From positions 3,264,001 through 3,328,000 of the forward strand of contig OZ271854.1 in NCBI GenBank assembly GCA_965601925.1: 64,000 nt of DNA, given 5' to 3'. Every line of letters starts with the position of its first letter. Position 1 is the first letter of the stretch. Under the pieces are notes generated by a model that saw only the letters and a list, made by a program, of their open reading frames with translations, ran no database searches and had not been told where the DNA came from. Positions 12,564 to 22,029 of this stretch are shown piece after piece. Position numbers and translations under genes: made by a program. Source of the DNA: Alkalispirochaeta sp. (lineage in GTDB: Bacteria; Spirochaetota; Spirochaetia; DSM-27196; Alkalispirochaetaceae).

Positions 12564-14043
12564 CGGGGTGCTCCAATAGATTCGGATAGATTCGACGGAG
12601 GATCGCTCTCAAGGCCCAACGATTACGGTACTCCGTCGGGCGATCGGAATCAAAGAAACAGATCGGACGCAGTGCGTCGAGTATCGCATCGAGGTCGAAC
12701 GCGTCGGAGGAGTCGTCGCACGGGTCGGTGCGGCCGACGCAGTGAATCCTCGGGGCCGGTTGAGACTCACTCGTCTCACCTCGGCCGAAGAGGCGCTCCT
12801 TTAGTTTCTCGCCCGGACGCATTCCGATCTCCTTGAGCGGTATCTCCGTACCCGGCTCGTACCCGTAGAATCGTATCATCTGCTCGGCGAGGGTACGGAT
12901 ATTGATCGGCTCTCCCATATCGAGGATGTACAATCGGCCCGCGTCGCCGACACCGCCGGTCTGTAACACGAGAGAGACCGCCTCGGGAATCGTCATAAAA
13001 AAACGCGTCGCCTCGGAGTCGGTGATGGTAACCGGTCCGCCCTTTTCGATCTGTCTGCGAAAAAGGGGTAAAATGCTTCCTCGCGATCCGAGAACATTTC
13101 CGAATCGCACGACCATCCCGGCCGTCGCGGAGCGCTGCGCCGCGTCCCCGTGCGACAATACGATACGCTCGGCGAGATTCTTGCTCGCGCCGTATACACT
13201 CGTCGGTTCGACCGCCTTGTCCGTGGAAATCAGCACCAGCCGACCGACTCCCGCACGTCGCGCCGCACGGATCAGATTGAGTGTGCCGAAAACGTTGTTT
13301 TGAATCGTCGCGACCGGGTTGGCCTCCATCATCGGCACGTGCTTGTACGCCGCGGTGTGAAAAATAACGTCGGCCTTGAGCCGCTTCAGGAGAAAGGCTA
13401 CATACTCCGCGTCGGTCAGCTCCCCGATGATGGGGACGATCGTCGCGGAATCGCCGACGCCCTCCTCCTGAAGGAGGCGCAACTCGGCGTCGATCTGGTA
13501 AATACTGTTCTCTCCGTGGCCGAGCAGGTACAGACGTTCGGCTCCGCCGGAGAGAAGCTGGCGTGCAAGCTCACTCCCGATGCTCCCGCCCGCGCCGGTA
13601 ATAACGACGCGGCGACCCCGAAGATAGGAGAGGGCCTCGCGCAGGTTTATGTTGACCGGCGTGCGGCCCAACAGATCCTGGGGGTCGATCTGGCGGGTTT
13701 GAATGAAGTGCGCCTCGTCGCCGACGATCTGTGAGATCGTCGGGAGAATGCGAATCCTGTTGAAGTCGGCACCTCGAAGGGTCGCATACAGACGTCTGAG
13801 GGACTCGCGCGTGGCGCTGGGAATCGCGATAATCGCTTCGTTGTCCGGCGTCTTGTCGACGATGGAAACCACTTGATCGATGGGGCCGAGGACCGGTATC
13901 CCGTCAATTCGTGACCCGATCTTCTTCGGATCGTCGTCCAAAAAAGCGACGACTCGTCCGACGACGCCCTTTTCGAGTACCTCGCGGGCGATCGCCTGCC
14001 CGGCGAATCCGGCGCCGATGACGTATATCCGCGTGCGACTCAT
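12547..14043 (-). CDS. Nucleoside-diphosphate-sugar 4,6-dehydratase (CapD/PglF-like, no membrane domain)
   Basis: IGAGFAG, DLLGR, TGAGGSIG, HTAAYKHVP, STDKAV, YGASK, RFGNVLGSRGS and RPGEKL. Confidence 0.92.
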   Translation of the reverse strand: MSRTRIYVIGAGFAGQAIAREVLEKGVVGRVVAFLDDDPKKIGSRIDGIPVLGPIDQVVSIVDKTPDNEAIIAIPSATRESLRRLYATLRGADFNRIRILPTISQIVGDEAHFIQTRQIDPQDLLGRTPVNINLREALSYLRGRRVVITGAGGSIGSELARQLLSGGAERLYLLGHGENSIYQIDAELRLLQEEGVGDSATIVPIIGELTDAEYVAFLLKRLKADVIFHTAAYKHVPMMEANPVATIQNNVFGTLNLIRAARRAGVGRLVLISTDKAVEPTSVYGASKNLAERIVLSHGDAAQRSATAGMVVRFGNVLGSRGSILPLFRRQIEKGGPVTITDSEATRFFMTIPEAVSLVLQTGGVGDAGRLYILDMGEPINIRTLAEQMIRFYGYEPGTEIPLKEIGMRPGEKLKERLFGRGETSESQPAPRIHCVGRTDPCDDSSDAFDLDAILDALRPICFFDSDRPTEYRNRWALRAILRRIYPNLLEHPDEPQY

Positions 14044-14597
14044 GAGGCGGCGCCCGTCTCGTTTCGTCGCGGCTCCATGATTTCGAACCCCAGGTCGATG
14101 AAAAAAGAGCTCTCATACATATCGAGCCGCACCTTCGCCCGCCGTTTGCGCTTGTCTACCTTTACGATTTTTCCTTCGAGTCCTTTGAGCGGGCCCTCGC
14201 GCACGACGATGCGATTCTCAATATCGAACTCGACTCGCGACGGCTGGACGATCTCACCGAAGGAGAGAAAATGGCGTATGAGCTCCAAGTCGCCGTCCAA
14301 CAGCGGGCGAATGTCGCGGTTATCCAGCAGAAACCGCACGAATCCGCGACACCCGCGCAGCGCGCGGAACACCGCGTCGGTGATATCCTCAGCCTCCAGA
14401 AAGACGTATCCCGGAAAGAGCGGAGCCAAGGAGGAGAGGCGACGACCGCGCCTGCGGATGAGGAGCTTCCTTCGCGGCCACCATAAGCGAATCTCGGACG
14501 AACCGGTGTCCAGGCGCGTGAGCGTTTGCCGCGCAAGATCGATAAAACGAGCTTCCTCGCCGGTCATGACCTGCAATACAAAAAAACGCGATACCAT
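14040..14597 (-). CDS. loaP: NusG-family transcription antiterminator, LoaP-type
   Basis: FVLQVMTGEE and PLFPGYVF (NGN domain); KOW GPLKGLEGKIVKVDKRKRRAKV; basic patches (RRKLLIRRRGRR). Start chosen at ATG 14597 from promoter position. Confidence 0.82.
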   Translation of the reverse strand: MVSRFFVLQVMTGEEARFIDLARQTLTRLDTGSSEIRLWWPRRKLLIRRRGRRLSSLAPLFPGYVFLEAEDITDAVFRALRGCRGFVRFLLDNRDIRPLLDGDLELIRHFLSFGEIVQPSRVEFDIENRIVVREGPLKGLEGKIVKVDKRKRRAKVRLDMYESSFFIDLGFEIMEPRRNETGAAS

Positions 14598-14610
14598 GTC
14601 GTGAGCGAAT

Positions 14611-14640
14611 ACCATAGCACACGGCGGAAATGCCTCGCAA
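14611..14640 (-). promoter_or_regulatory. Putative sigma70 promoter for the loaP operon
   Basis: Minus strand TTGCGA-N18-TATGGT with an extended TG, 13 nt upstream of ATG 14597. Confidence 0.45.
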
Positions 14641-14751
14641 TCACGGTCTACCGTCGCCGATGCGATGGATGCGCGATCACTCCGGTATTGCGTCGAAGCG
14701 CTAAGGAGAGCCGTCCATTATGCCGAAGAGTACACCAGAGGTGACGTTGAA

Positions 14752-16821
14752 ATGAGAATGCGGCAGAGTTCTCTGCTCTTAATGAGCGTGTGTGTACTCT
14801 TTGTTTCCATGCAGTCCGTTGCGCAAACCAACTGGGAAGGTACGGCCGTCGTCGGGCGGTACGGTGAGTTTCCTCCCGGAGGGCTCTACGTGGCCTCCAA
14901 CACCTTTCCCCTCAACTCGATGATCGACGTCACCAATCTGCGCACAGGCGATACCGCACGCCTCATCGTCGCCAAGGATCTTACCGATCCCGGCGTGTTT
15001 CTCCTCCTCTCCGAGGCGGCGGCCGACGAGCTCGGGATTCGCAGCGGTTCATCGGCGGTAGTACGGGCGCGTCCGGTCCAGTTGCCGGGGCTGACCGCGG
15101 TAGATCCCAATCAGGACTTGCCGTTTCATCCCGATCCCGATGTGAATCCCGCCGCGACCCTGGGAGACCCCAACGAGTCGATCATCACGCCCGACGTGCT
15201 GGAGACCACAGAGCCCGTCCACACCGCTCGTACCGATTCCACCGTCGGGACCGTCGCACAGACACCGCCGGTGACACCGAGTCCGAGCATCGAAGCGGAT
15301 GAGCCGCCCATGGTAGCGGACGAGCGACCCCTTATCGTCGACGAGTCCCGCGATCCGCCCGGGACGGCAGATAGAGCGGTCGAGCCCGCTCTCGTTCCCG
15401 ATGGTACGACCGCCGTGGAGCCCGACATGGACCGGACCCCCGCGGAGGTCGTCGCCGATCCGTCACTCGCGATGGACCCCGCGCCGCGTGTAGGGCCCTC
15501 CGTCGATGGGGCGATCTCCGGCGTCGATCCGGTAGATGAACGGGATATGGCGGAGTCGGACGAGATTATCGGCGTCGATCCGCCGATCGCCGCAACGGTC
15601 GAGGCGGAGGTCGTTGAACCTCCGACGGCGAGCACCGTACCGGACGAAGCGACACCCGAGGTTTCGATGCCGCGTACCAATCCGCAAACGCTTCCGCCCA
15701 TGGCGGTACCGCTGAGTTTGCCGACCGACCCGGTCGCCGAGACTCCTTCCGACGTCCGGGATCCCGCCGCCGCGGTAGCCGTCGTCGAACCGCCGACTGT
15801 GGACGAGATGGAGCCGGTCGAGGATTCGGCGCCCGGAGTGGTCGTTCGCGATCCCTTGGACGAGCGCCTGTCGACGATCGATCGTCAACTTGCAATGGAG
15901 CGCGTCTCCGCCGATCCGATTCAGGTGGCGCCGACCGACGACGACCTCGACGCTCCCGAGCCGATTCGTATCGCCGAAGACGACCGGCGTCTCCCGCCGG
16001 TCGACGTGAATGCCGCGCTTGATTCGGAAGTAACCGACCCATTTCCCGTCGCACCGGAGGACAACGGGACGATCGCCGAACTGCCCGCCGTGGAGGATCG
16101 CTCCATCCCGGACGTCGTATCGCCAACTCCGCCGCCTCCCGGCGTAGCTACGGCTGAGGTTGACCTTCCACTCGCGTCCGTTGCGGCCGACGAGCCGCCG
16201 GCAGTCGCCGTTGCTACCGACGAAGAGGCGGCGACTGCGGAGGCCGATGTACTCCGGCCGGCGCTGATTCCCGAGGACGCGATCGTCACCCTGGAACCGG
16301 CGGAGCACCGCAGCCCCGAGCCGCCGTCTCCGACGGCCGACGAGCTCACGCCCGACTCCGCTGCACCCTCCGCCGACGAGGTCGATGTGGCGATCGCGGC
16401 GCCCGACGTCCCGAGCGAGGATATCGTCGAGACCGCGGAACCGGTAGAGCCTCCACCGGCGGTCGTCTTGGAACCGGCGCCGGCGACAGAGCCCGTTGCG
16501 GCGGCGACCGATACCGTACGACCCGATGACACCGGAACGGCGGATCTGGCGTGGGCGCGGGCAAACCTTCCGCTCGTCGCCGATCTCGACCGGGGCGCCG
16601 CGTACGTCCAGGTCGCCGCCTTCACCAATGCGCGGAGCGTTCAACGCACCGTCGACAGCCTCGGTGAAGGGTTCCCCGTCGCCGTCGTCTCGCAAAGCGT
16701 CAACGGCGGGCCGGTTTACCGTATCTTCCTCGGGCCGCTCTCCGAAGACGAGAAGGGAACGGCGCTGTTCACGGTGCGGAATCGCGGATTTCGCGACGCC
16801 TTCATCCGACAGGAATCGTGA
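14752..16821 (+). CDS. Secreted RlpA-like (DPBB) / long acidic Pro-rich linker / SPOR domain protein
   Basis: Signal peptide MRMRQSSLLL...VA-Q; ASNTFPLNSMIDVTN...LSEAAADELGI resembles RlpA; C-terminal YVQVAAF...YRIFLGP...GFRDAFI is a SPOR domain. AGAGGTG precedes ATG 14752. Confidence 0.8.
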   Translation: MRMRQSSLLLMSVCVLFVSMQSVAQTNWEGTAVVGRYGEFPPGGLYVASNTFPLNSMIDVTNLRTGDTARLIVAKDLTDPGVFLLLSEAAADELGIRSGSSAVVRARPVQLPGLTAVDPNQDLPFHPDPDVNPAATLGDPNESIITPDVLETTEPVHTARTDSTVGTVAQTPPVTPSPSIEADEPPMVADERPLIVDESRDPPGTADRAVEPALVPDGTTAVEPDMDRTPAEVVADPSLAMDPAPRVGPSVDGAISGVDPVDERDMAESDEIIGVDPPIAATVEAEVVEPPTASTVPDEATPEVSMPRTNPQTLPPMAVPLSLPTDPVAETPSDVRDPAAAVAVVEPPTVDEMEPVEDSAPGVVVRDPLDERLSTIDRQLAMERVSADPIQVAPTDDDLDAPEPIRIAEDDRRLPPVDVNAALDSEVTDPFPVAPEDNGTIAELPAVEDRSIPDVVSPTPPPPGVATAEVDLPLASVAADEPPAVAVATDEEAATAEADVLRPALIPEDAIVTLEPAEHRSPEPPSPTADELTPDSAAPSADEVDVAIAAPDVPSEDIVETAEPVEPPPAVVLEPAPATEPVAAATDTVRPDDTGTADLAWARANLPLVADLDRGAAYVQVAAFTNARSVQRTVDSLGEGFPVAVVSQSVNGGPVYRIFLGPLSEDEKGTALFTVRNRGFRDAFIRQES

Positions 16822-16841
16822 GGGAGACTCATCTCCCTCAC
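16818..16841. terminator. Hairpin between convergent genes
   Basis: Perfect 10-bp stem GTGAGGGAGA/TCTCCCTCAC with a CTCA loop; no clear U-tract. Confidence 0.45.
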
Positions 16842-16883
16842 CGGCTTCACTTATAACGCGCGGGGCTGCCGCCGTCTGACCGG

Positions 16884-18785
16884 TTACGCGAACAACTTGG
16901 CGATCTCGCGATGATACTTCTCATACACCACCGCGCGTTTAATCTTGAGCGTCTGCGTTAACTCGTCTCCGACTTCGAAGGGTTTCGGTAGAAGGCGGAA
17001 TCGAAAGACCTGCTCAAAGCTCTTGAACCCCGTTTTGGCACCGACACGCTCTTGGATCTCACGATTGACCTGAGCGAGAAACTGCTCGTTCTCCAAGAGC
17101 TCTTCCTGCTCGACCGATTCGATCTCGCGCTCCTCCGCAAATGTCGCCATACGATCTGTATTGGGGTAAATAAGCGCGGCCAGAAACTTCTGATCCTGTC
17201 CGACTACCATCACCTGCTCGATGTATTCCGATTGGAGGATCGCATCCTCGATCGGCTGCGGCTCGATATTCTCGCCGCCGAGCAGTACGATCGTCTCCTT
17301 CGAGCGGCCGACGATGCGTAGTTCGTTGTCGTGGGTGTACATGACAAGGTCGCCGGTATTGAGCCATCCGTCCGAGAGCACCGCGGCGGTCTCGTCCGGC
17401 TTCTTGTAGTACCCTTCCATGACCTGTTCGCTCTTGACGTGTAGTTCACCCTTTTCCCCCGGGCCGACCTCGCGTCCGTCGTCGACGACCCGAAACGCTA
17501 CGTCGGGGAGGATCGGGCCGACGGTGCCCGGTACCGGAGCCTTTTGTTTACGCACCGCCAGCACGGGACCCGTCTCGGTCAAGCCGTACCCCTCCAGCAC
17601 CTTGATACCTACGGCCTGAAAGAACTTGTCCACGTAGGGCGGCAACGCGCCTCCTCCGGAGACTCCGGCGACGAAACGGCCGCCCAGCCTGGCCTGTAGT
17701 TTTTTGAATACGAGGACGTTTCCCAGTACGCGTAACGGCGTCAACAGCGCCAGAGGAACCGCCGCCACAACCGCGTCCAGTATCCGGTAGCGCCGCTGGA
17801 ACTGAGGAAGCCTCCCCATGAAGGTCGTATACAAATCGGCGTGAATCTCGCCGACGCCGAGGAAAAAGTGAAACAGCGCCTGCTTCACCGCGCTTTGCTT
17901 GGCAACGTTGCGCAAAACCGCCGCTCTGATGCCCTCCCAGATTCTCGGAACGGAAGTCATCCATGTCGGGCGTATTTGTGCCATATCGTCGAGCATTACC
18001 GTGCCGATCGGTTTGGAGTAGGCCAAGCTCGCTCCGTAGTTGAGGCAGATATACTCCACGGCCCGTTCGAAGGAGTGCCAGACCGGCAGCACCGTGATGA
18101 ATATGTCGCGAGGGGTAAGAAAGAGAATGTGTTCGATGCGGTCCATTTGAAAGAGAAACGACCGGTGGCGAAGCATGACTCCCTTCGGTTCGCCGGTCGT
18201 ACCCGACGTGTACAGGAGCGTTGCAAGGTCGTCGGTATCGCCCTCGTCTACCTCCTGGTCGAACCGCGATAGTCCCGCTTCACCCGACGCCCGTCCGGCG
18301 TCCAACAGTTCCAGGTAACTGGAGATCGCAATTCCCTTGGCCGCCGGGCGCTGGCCGCGGTCGGTGTAATCGTCGAATAGGACGATCCGCTCCAACGACG
18401 GGATCGACGCGCGCATGGAGAGGATTTTATCGCACTGCTGGGGATCCTCGGCAAAGACGGCGCGACAGTCGGCGTGTGCGAGGATATAGGCCATCTCTTC
18501 GGGCGTGGAGTCGGCGCCGCGCGGGACGTCGGCGGCCCCCATCCCGAGGATCGCCAAATCGCAGAAGATCCACTCCCGCCGATTGTGGCTCATCAGACCG
18601 ACGTGATCGCCGCGTCGGACCCCCAGCGAGGCGAGACCGGCTCCGATCAGGCGCACGGTATCCCACATCTCCGCGAACGAAGTCGGACGAAAAACGTTTT
18701 CCGCGTCCTTGGTCCAGCTGAAGGGTCGATCGGCGTGCTGCCTCGATCGCAACCGAATGCGCTTCGGCACGGTTTCGCGATTCAT
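16884..18785 (-). CDS. fadD: Long-chain fatty acid--CoA ligase (AMP-dependent synthetase)
   Basis: YTSGTTGEPKG, EGYGLTET, WLNTGDL, GRSKE and GENIEP. Start ATG 18785 overlaps the fabZ stop (TGATG). Confidence 0.88.
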   Translation of the reverse strand: MNRETVPKRIRLRSRQHADRPFSWTKDAENVFRPTSFAEMWDTVRLIGAGLASLGVRRGDHVGLMSHNRREWIFCDLAILGMGAADVPRGADSTPEEMAYILAHADCRAVFAEDPQQCDKILSMRASIPSLERIVLFDDYTDRGQRPAAKGIAISSYLELLDAGRASGEAGLSRFDQEVDEGDTDDLATLLYTSGTTGEPKGVMLRHRSFLFQMDRIEHILFLTPRDIFITVLPVWHSFERAVEYICLNYGASLAYSKPIGTVMLDDMAQIRPTWMTSVPRIWEGIRAAVLRNVAKQSAVKQALFHFFLGVGEIHADLYTTFMGRLPQFQRRYRILDAVVAAVPLALLTPLRVLGNVLVFKKLQARLGGRFVAGVSGGGALPPYVDKFFQAVGIKVLEGYGLTETGPVLAVRKQKAPVPGTVGPILPDVAFRVVDDGREVGPGEKGELHVKSEQVMEGYYKKPDETAAVLSDGWLNTGDLVMYTHDNELRIVGRSKETIVLLGGENIEPQPIEDAILQSEYIEQVMVVGQDQKFLAALIYPNTDRMATFAEEREIESVEQEELLENEQFLAQVNREIQERVGAKTGFKSFEQVFRFRLLPKPFEVGDELTQTLKIKRAVVYEKYHREIAKLFA

Positions 18786-19204
18786 CACTGCGGCGCGCTC
18801 CCCACCAGACACAGCCACTCAGCTTCGCACGCCAACTCATCACCGACGTAGGCACGTCCCCGTTGTTTAATCATCTTGGGCGTGACGCGCAAGTTGTCGA
18901 CCTCCATGCGAACCGTCTCGTCGGGACGGACCTGGCGGCGGAACTTGACGTTGTTCACCGAAGCGAGGAAAAACAAGGCGTCATCCATAATGCCGAGCTG
19001 CTTAATACCCGCTCCGCCGCATTGTGCCATGCTCTCGATCAGGATCACTCCGGGAACGACGGGATATTCGGGAAAGTGTCCGGCGAAGAAGAACTCATCC
19101 GTAGAGAAACGCCGCGTGCCGACGATCCGTTCATTCGAGGCCTCGAGAATCTCATCGACAAACAGAAACGGTTCGCGATGAGGAAGAAGCATTTTCATGT
19201 TCAT
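18785..19204 (-). CDS. fabZ: 3-hydroxyacyl-ACP dehydratase
   Basis: LPHREPFLFVD, FAGHFP and PGVILIESMAQ. Start at ATG 19204, 6 nt after TATGAT. Confidence 0.93.
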   Translation of the reverse strand: MNMKMLLPHREPFLFVDEILEASNERIVGTRRFSTDEFFFAGHFPEYPVVPGVILIESMAQCGGAGIKQLGIMDDALFFLASVNNVKFRRQVRPDETVRMEVDNLRVTPKMIKQRGRAYVGDELACEAEWLCLVGSAPQ

Positions 19205-19322
19205 GGGGTTATCATAAAATGAGATGTGCCGATCATACAAGTTTTTCGGTCGGCGACCGTTTAATTGACTTTCGACTCCGGCGCGTGATAGCTTCGCTCA
19301 AGTGTAATGGGGAGAGGTTTAT

Positions 19323-19829
19323 ATGGATTTGGAAAACATACTGCTGCTCATCGAAAAATTTAACGAAAGCACACTTACGGAACTCGCTCTGAACCAAGAC
19401 GGAACGGAGTTGGTTTTAAAGCGCGTATCGGAGAGTAATCCGGTTTACACGCAGCCGATCATGGTGCATCCCCAGACGTTGCCCGTCGTGGCGTCCGGAG
19501 AGGTGGCCTCCCACGCGGCGAATCCCGATGCGTCTGCTCCTGTCGCCGGTGAAGCCGGTGCGCCCGCCGCCTCCGAGGAGCAATCGGGCGTCGAGATCAT
19601 CACCTCGCCGATCGTCGGCACCTTTTATCGCTCCCCGTCCCCCGATTCGCCGCCCTTTTGTCACGAGGGCGATGTGGTGGAGAAGGGTAAGCCCCTGTGC
19701 ATCCTCGAGGCCATGAAGGTAATGAACGAACTTGAGTCGGAGTTCTCGATGGAAATCGTCGCGTTTCGCGCCCACAACGGCGATATGGTCGAGTACGGCA
19801 CGCCGCTCATCGAGGTGCGTCGAGTATGA
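19323..19829 (+). CDS. accB: Acetyl-CoA carboxylase biotin carboxyl carrier protein
   Basis: SPIVGTFY and the EAMK biotinylation motif. Confidence 0.95.
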   Translation: MDLENILLLIEKFNESTLTELALNQDGTELVLKRVSESNPVYTQPIMVHPQTLPVVASGEVASHAANPDASAPVAGEAGAPAASEEQSGVEIITSPIVGTFYRSPSPDSPPFCHEGDVVEKGKPLCILEAMKVMNELESEFSMEIVAFRAHNGDMVEYGTPLIEVRRV

Positions 19830-21151
19830 TCTCCTCCATCCTCGTCGCCAATCGGGGGGAGATCGCCGTACGGATCGTCCGTGCCTGTCGCGAGATGGGC
19901 ATTCGTAGTGTCGTCGCCTTCAGCGAGGCCGATCGTCACTCCCTTGCCGTACGCATGGCCGACAGCGCGGTGTGCATCGGACCGGCCGCCGCGACCGACA
20001 GCTACCTGAACATTCGTAACGTCGTCTCGGCGGCGGTACTATCCCACTGCGACGCCGTGCACCCGGGCGTCGGTTTCCTGAGCGAAAGTGCGCGCTTTGC
20101 TCGTGAGGTCGCCGAGGCGGGGCTGGTCTTCATCGGCCCTCCGGCCGAGACGATCGCGCTTTTGGGCGACAAGGTGCAGGCAAAACAGACCGCCGTGAAG
20201 CACGGTGTGCCGGTTATTCCCGGAAGCGCCGGCAGTATCGACGACGTCGACGCCGCATCCCGCGCGGCATCCGAGATCGGTTTCCCCGTCATCATCAAAG
20301 CGGCCGCCGGCGGCGGGGGCAAGGGCATGCGCATTTGTCACAAAGAAGAAGATCTCGCCGGGATTCTCCGCATCGCGTCGGCGGAGGCACAGAAATCGTT
20401 CTCCGACGGCACGGTCTATCTGGAAAAATATCTCACCAGTCCGCGCCACGTCGAACTTCAGGTGCTGGCCGATTCTCACGGCAACGTCGTTCACCTGGGT
20501 GAACGGGACTGTTCGGTTCAGGAGAACCACCAGAAGCTCGTCGAGGAGAGCCCGTCAACGGCGGTCGACGACGCATTACGTACGAAGATGGGTGACGACG
20601 CCATTCGCCTCTTCTCGGCGCTCGATTACGTCGGCGCCGGTACGATCGAGTTTCTCGTCGATGACGGAAAGTTCTACTTCATGGAGGTGAACGCTCGCGT
20701 CCAGGTGGAACATCCGGTTACCGAGATGGTGACCGGCGTGGATATCATCGCCGAGCAGATTCTCGCGGCCGCCGGGTCGCCGTTACGCACCCTGCAGGAC
20801 AATATCGACCTTAAGGGATACGCTATCGAGTGTCGCATCAATGCGAAGGCGCCGGGCACCGTCACGCACTACCATCCTCCGGGCGGGTATGGCGTGCGGG
20901 TCGATAGTTTTCTCCATGCCGGGACGACCGTTTCGCCGTTCTACGATTCGCTGGTCGCCAAGTTGATCGTACACGGGCGCGACCGCAGCGACGGGTTGGC
21001 GAGGATGGATCGCGCGCTATCGGAGTTCGAAATCGAGGGTATACCGACCAACATTCCGCGCCAGCGAGACATTATCAATAGCCGTGTATTTCACAGCGGA
21101 CGGTTCGGTACCGATGCGTTGGCATACATCGTGAAGGAGTTGGACCAATGA
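19826..21151 (+). CDS. accC: Biotin carboxylase
   Basis: [34 protein letters not shown] and YDSLVAK. Confidence 0.95.
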   Translation: MISSILVANRGEIAVRIVRACREMGIRSVVAFSEADRHSLAVRMADSAVCIGPAAATDSYLNIRNVVSAAVLSHCDAVHPGVGFLSESARFAREVAEAGLVFIGPPAETIALLGDKVQAKQTAVKHGVPVIPGSAGSIDDVDAASRAASEIGFPVIIKAAAGGGGKGMRICHKEEDLAGILRIASAEAQKSFSDGTVYLEKYLTSPRHVELQVLADSHGNVVHLGERDCSVQENHQKLVEESPSTAVDDALRTKMGDDAIRLFSALDYVGAGTIEFLVDDGKFYFMEVNARVQVEHPVTEMVTGVDIIAEQILAAAGSPLRTLQDNIDLKGYAIECRINAKAPGTVTHYHPPGGYGVRVDSFLHAGTTVSPFYDSLVAKLIVHGRDRSDGLARMDRALSEFEIEGIPTNIPRQRDIINSRVFHSGRFGTDALAYIVKELDQ

Positions 21152-22029
21152 GTCCGAGACCGATTTTCCGGAGGATCATTCGATCGATTCTACCCAACCG
21201 GATGAACAATCCTCGGCGTGCCATGCGAACCGACGATCGGGGGTACGTGGTTGCCAAGCATAGTTGTCCCTCCTGTAGCAAACCGACCGAAGAGCGTCAG
21301 CTCGCACTCAACTTGTTCGTGTGTACTCACTGCGGATATCACTATCGGATTAGCGCTGTGGAGCGCATCAAGACGCTGCTCGACGGCGGCGAGCTCGGCG
21401 AGTTTTCATCCGATATACTGCCGACCAATCCGATCGATTTTCCCGACTACGGTCAGAAGGTGCGCGAGGCACAGGACAAGACGGGACTCGACGAGGCGGT
21501 CACGACCGGCGTCGGGCGGATCGAAGGGCGTCAGGCGGCCTTTGCGTTCATGTCCTTCAAGTTTATGGGAGGCAGTATGGGGTCGGTCGTCGGCGAGCGG
21601 ATCGCGCGCACGATCATGTATGCCGCCGATCGCGGGATGCCGTGCATCATCTTCACCGCCAGCGGCGGTGCGCGGATGCAGGAGGGCATTTTCAGCCTGA
21701 TGCAGATGGCGAAGACGAGCCACGCCGCCGCGATGCTCGCCGAGGCGGGGTGTCCGCTCTTCGTCGTGCTTACCGATCCCACTACCGGGGGCGTGACCGC
21801 GTCGTTCTCGATGCTCGGGGACGTAACACTCGCCGAGCCGGGTGCGTTGATCGGCTTTGCCGGACCGCGAGTGATCGAGGGCACTATTCGACAGAAATTG
21901 CCGGCGGGATTCCAGCGCGCCGAGTTCCAGCAGGACAAGGGTTTTGTGGACGTCGTCGTGCCGCGTAGCGAGCTTCGCAGCACCTTGGTCTACCTGATCG
22001 ACACCCACGCCGGAGGGACTACAGCATGA
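21148..22029 (+). CDS. accD: Acetyl-CoA carboxylase carboxyltransferase beta subunit
   Basis: CPSC...CTHC Zn finger, GGSMG, SGGARMQEG, PTTGGVTAS and GFAGPRVIE. Confidence 0.95.
   Translation: MSPRPIFRRIIRSILPNRMNNPRRAMRTDDRGYVVAKHSCPSCSKPTEERQLALNLFVCTHCGYHYRISAVERIKTLLDGGELGEFSSDILPTNPIDFPDYGQKVREAQDKTGLDEAVTTGVGRIEGRQAAFAFMSFKFMGGSMGSVVGERIARTIMYAADRGMPCIIFTASGGARMQEGIFSLMQMAKTSHAAAMLAEAGCPLFVVLTDPTTGGVTASFSMLGDVTLAEPGALIGFAGPRVIEGTIRQKLPAGFQRAEFQQDKGFVDVVVPRSELRSTLVYLIDTHAGGTTA

Noticed and set aside
15180..16540. Apparent repeats in the SPOR protein linker
   Set aside because: Compositional low complexity (EPP/DP motifs), not a tandem or CRISPR-like DNA array.
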